Assembly: GCA_964501265.1 (NCBI GenBank)
Contig: CAZCSK010000003.1
Span: forward strand, 436-64,435
Source: an uncultured Actinomycetes bacterium
Lineage (GTDB): Bacteria > Actinomycetota > CADDZG01 > JAHWKV01
Direction: 5' to 3'
Length of the DNA: 64,000 nucleotides
Made by a program: the position numbers and the translations under genes. The notes beneath the pieces were generated by a model. The model had not been told where the DNA came from and searched no databases. It saw nothing but the letters and a program-made list of their open reading frames with translations. Below, one piece after another: positions 63,094 through 64,000 of the stretch; the first letter of the stretch is position 1; each line of letters opens with the position of its first letter.

Positions 63094-64000
63094 TCATCCG
63101 ACGCCAAGATCGATGAACTTGGCGTCTCTCGCGCCGATCGCTTCGACGATCTGCTGCAAAACGCCGGGGGGGATGGCGTCGTCAACGGTGAGACCCATAA
63201 GCGCCTCGCCGCCGATGTTCTCGCGGCTCACTTGCATGCTGGCTATGTTGATGCCTCCCTCCCCCAAAACCGATCCAACCTTCCCGATGACTCCGGGGCG
63301 GTCCTGATAGCGAAGGAAGCACATCAGCCGCTCGGGTGGCATATCGATGGTGTAGTCGTAGATGCCCACGATGCGCTCTGCGTCTTTTTTGCCCACTAAA
63401 GATCCTGCAACCGTGATGGTCCCCGCATCGGACTCGCCTCGAAGCATTATCACGTTGACGTAGTCGTGCGACCCCGCCGACTTGGTCTCTTTGACTTCTA
63501 TGCCGCGCTCGGCCGCGACCAAAGGCGCATTCACATACGTGACCGGCTCATGCACGACCGACGAGAACAGACCTTTAAGACCGGCCAGTGTGAGGATGCG
63601 CGTGTCCTGCTCGGCCACCGTGCCCTGAAACTCAAAGTGGACGGAGTGCAGCGGCCCTTCCGCGATGCCGGTCAAGATTTTGCCCAGCTTCTCCGTCAGC
63701 GGAATGAACGGCCGCAGCATTTCGACGAATTGCGCTCCGCCCTCGATGTTCACCGCGTAAGGGGCGAACTCACCTCGGAGCGCCAGCAGAACCTGCTCGG
63801 CTATCGATGCTCCGGCTTTGACTTGAGCCTCCTCAGTTGATCCCCCCAGGTGAGGTGTGACGATTATCGACGGATGGTCAAAAAACGCGTGTCGTCCGGG
63901 GGGTTCGGTATCGAACACGTCGACCGCCGCTCCGGCCACTCGCCCACTGCGGACTGCCTCGAGCAATGCATCTTCATCAACGATGCCGCCGCGCGCAGTG
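63094..64000 (-). CDS. serA: D-3-phosphoglycerate dehydrogenase, C-terminal part (5' end lies beyond the window)
   Basis: GAAVDVFDTEPP, VTPHLGGSTEEAQ, then an intervening domain and a C-terminal ACT-like domain (PGVIGKVGSVLGEGGINIASMQV). The reading frame is open to the window edge. Confidence 0.8.
   Translation of the reverse strand, partial: TARGGIVDEDALLEAVRSGRVAGAAVDVFDTEPPGRHAFFDHPSIIVTPHLGGSTEEAQVKAGASIAEQVLLALRGEFAPYAVNIEGGAQFVEMLRPFIPLTEKLGKILTGIAEGPLHSVHFEFQGTVAEQDTRILTLAGLKGLFSSVVHEPVTYVNAPLVAAERGIEVKETKSAGSHDYVNVIMLRGESDAGTITVAGSLVGKKDAERIVGIYDYTIDMPPERLMCFLRYQDRPGVIGKVGSVLGEGGINIASMQVSRENIGGEALMGLTVDDAIPPGVLQQIVEAIGARDAKFIDLGVG

Noticed and set aside
1-64000. CRISPR arrays, rRNA genes and IS-type transposases.
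   Set aside because: No regularly spaced repeat-spacer array, no rRNA-like sequence and no transposase-like ORF were seen. The only recombinase is the serine recombinase of the ICE.

Overview
This is a high-GC bacterial chromosomal window, judged by eye. It has Actinomycetota-like hallmarks: an LAxTG sorting signal, a SARP/BTAD regulator, a PASTA Ser/Thr kinase, a tad/flp pilus locus and a long-form SerA. All family calls come from motif recognition in the ORF translations; nothing was searched.

Layout:
- 0-2.6 kb: two translationally coupled paralogous envelope proteins.
- 2.7-3.5 kb: a crotonase-family gene.
- 4.2-7.9 kb: a GAF histidine kinase plus two NarL/LuxR response regulators.
- 8-21.9 kb: an envelope block with a secreted protein, a roughly 1330-aa surface protein, a Liv-type ABC importer with a permease-permease-ATPase fusion, an M23 peptidase and an O-antigen-ligase/TPR protein.
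- 22-28 kb: an accessory, defence-like islet with an OLD-family nuclease plus KTSC protein, two XRE paralogs bracketing a coiled-coil YacP/Rae1-like NYN protein, and an ECF sigma factor with a fused membrane domain.
- 28.5-38.6 kb: a complete tad/flp pilus operon ending in a LysM / FtsK-like / wHTH-BTAD membrane regulator.
- 38.6-41.4 kb: lower-GC cargo with an AAA ATPase flanked by membrane proteins.
- 41.7-53.1 kb: a T4SS-type integrative conjugative element carrying pilin, TrbL, PrgI/VirB4, a cell-wall hydrolase, a coupling protein, a Replic_Relax protein and a large serine recombinase. It abuts tRNA-Glu.
- 53.1-64 kb: core genes, namely tRNA-Gln, gltX, an FAH hydrolase, an APH-type kinase, two ABC exporters, a PASTA kinase, ilvE and partial serA.

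Most notable non-genic signals:
- Two families of duplicated non-coding modules. Element A is a candidate structured leader upstream of a response regulator and of the tad operon. Element B is a hairpin-plus-promoter module upstream of two secreted proteins.
- Duplicated operator-like sequences upstream of the XRE paralogs.
- 11-bp-phased iterons in inverted orientation flanking the first ICE gene.

No CRISPR array or rRNA was seen.
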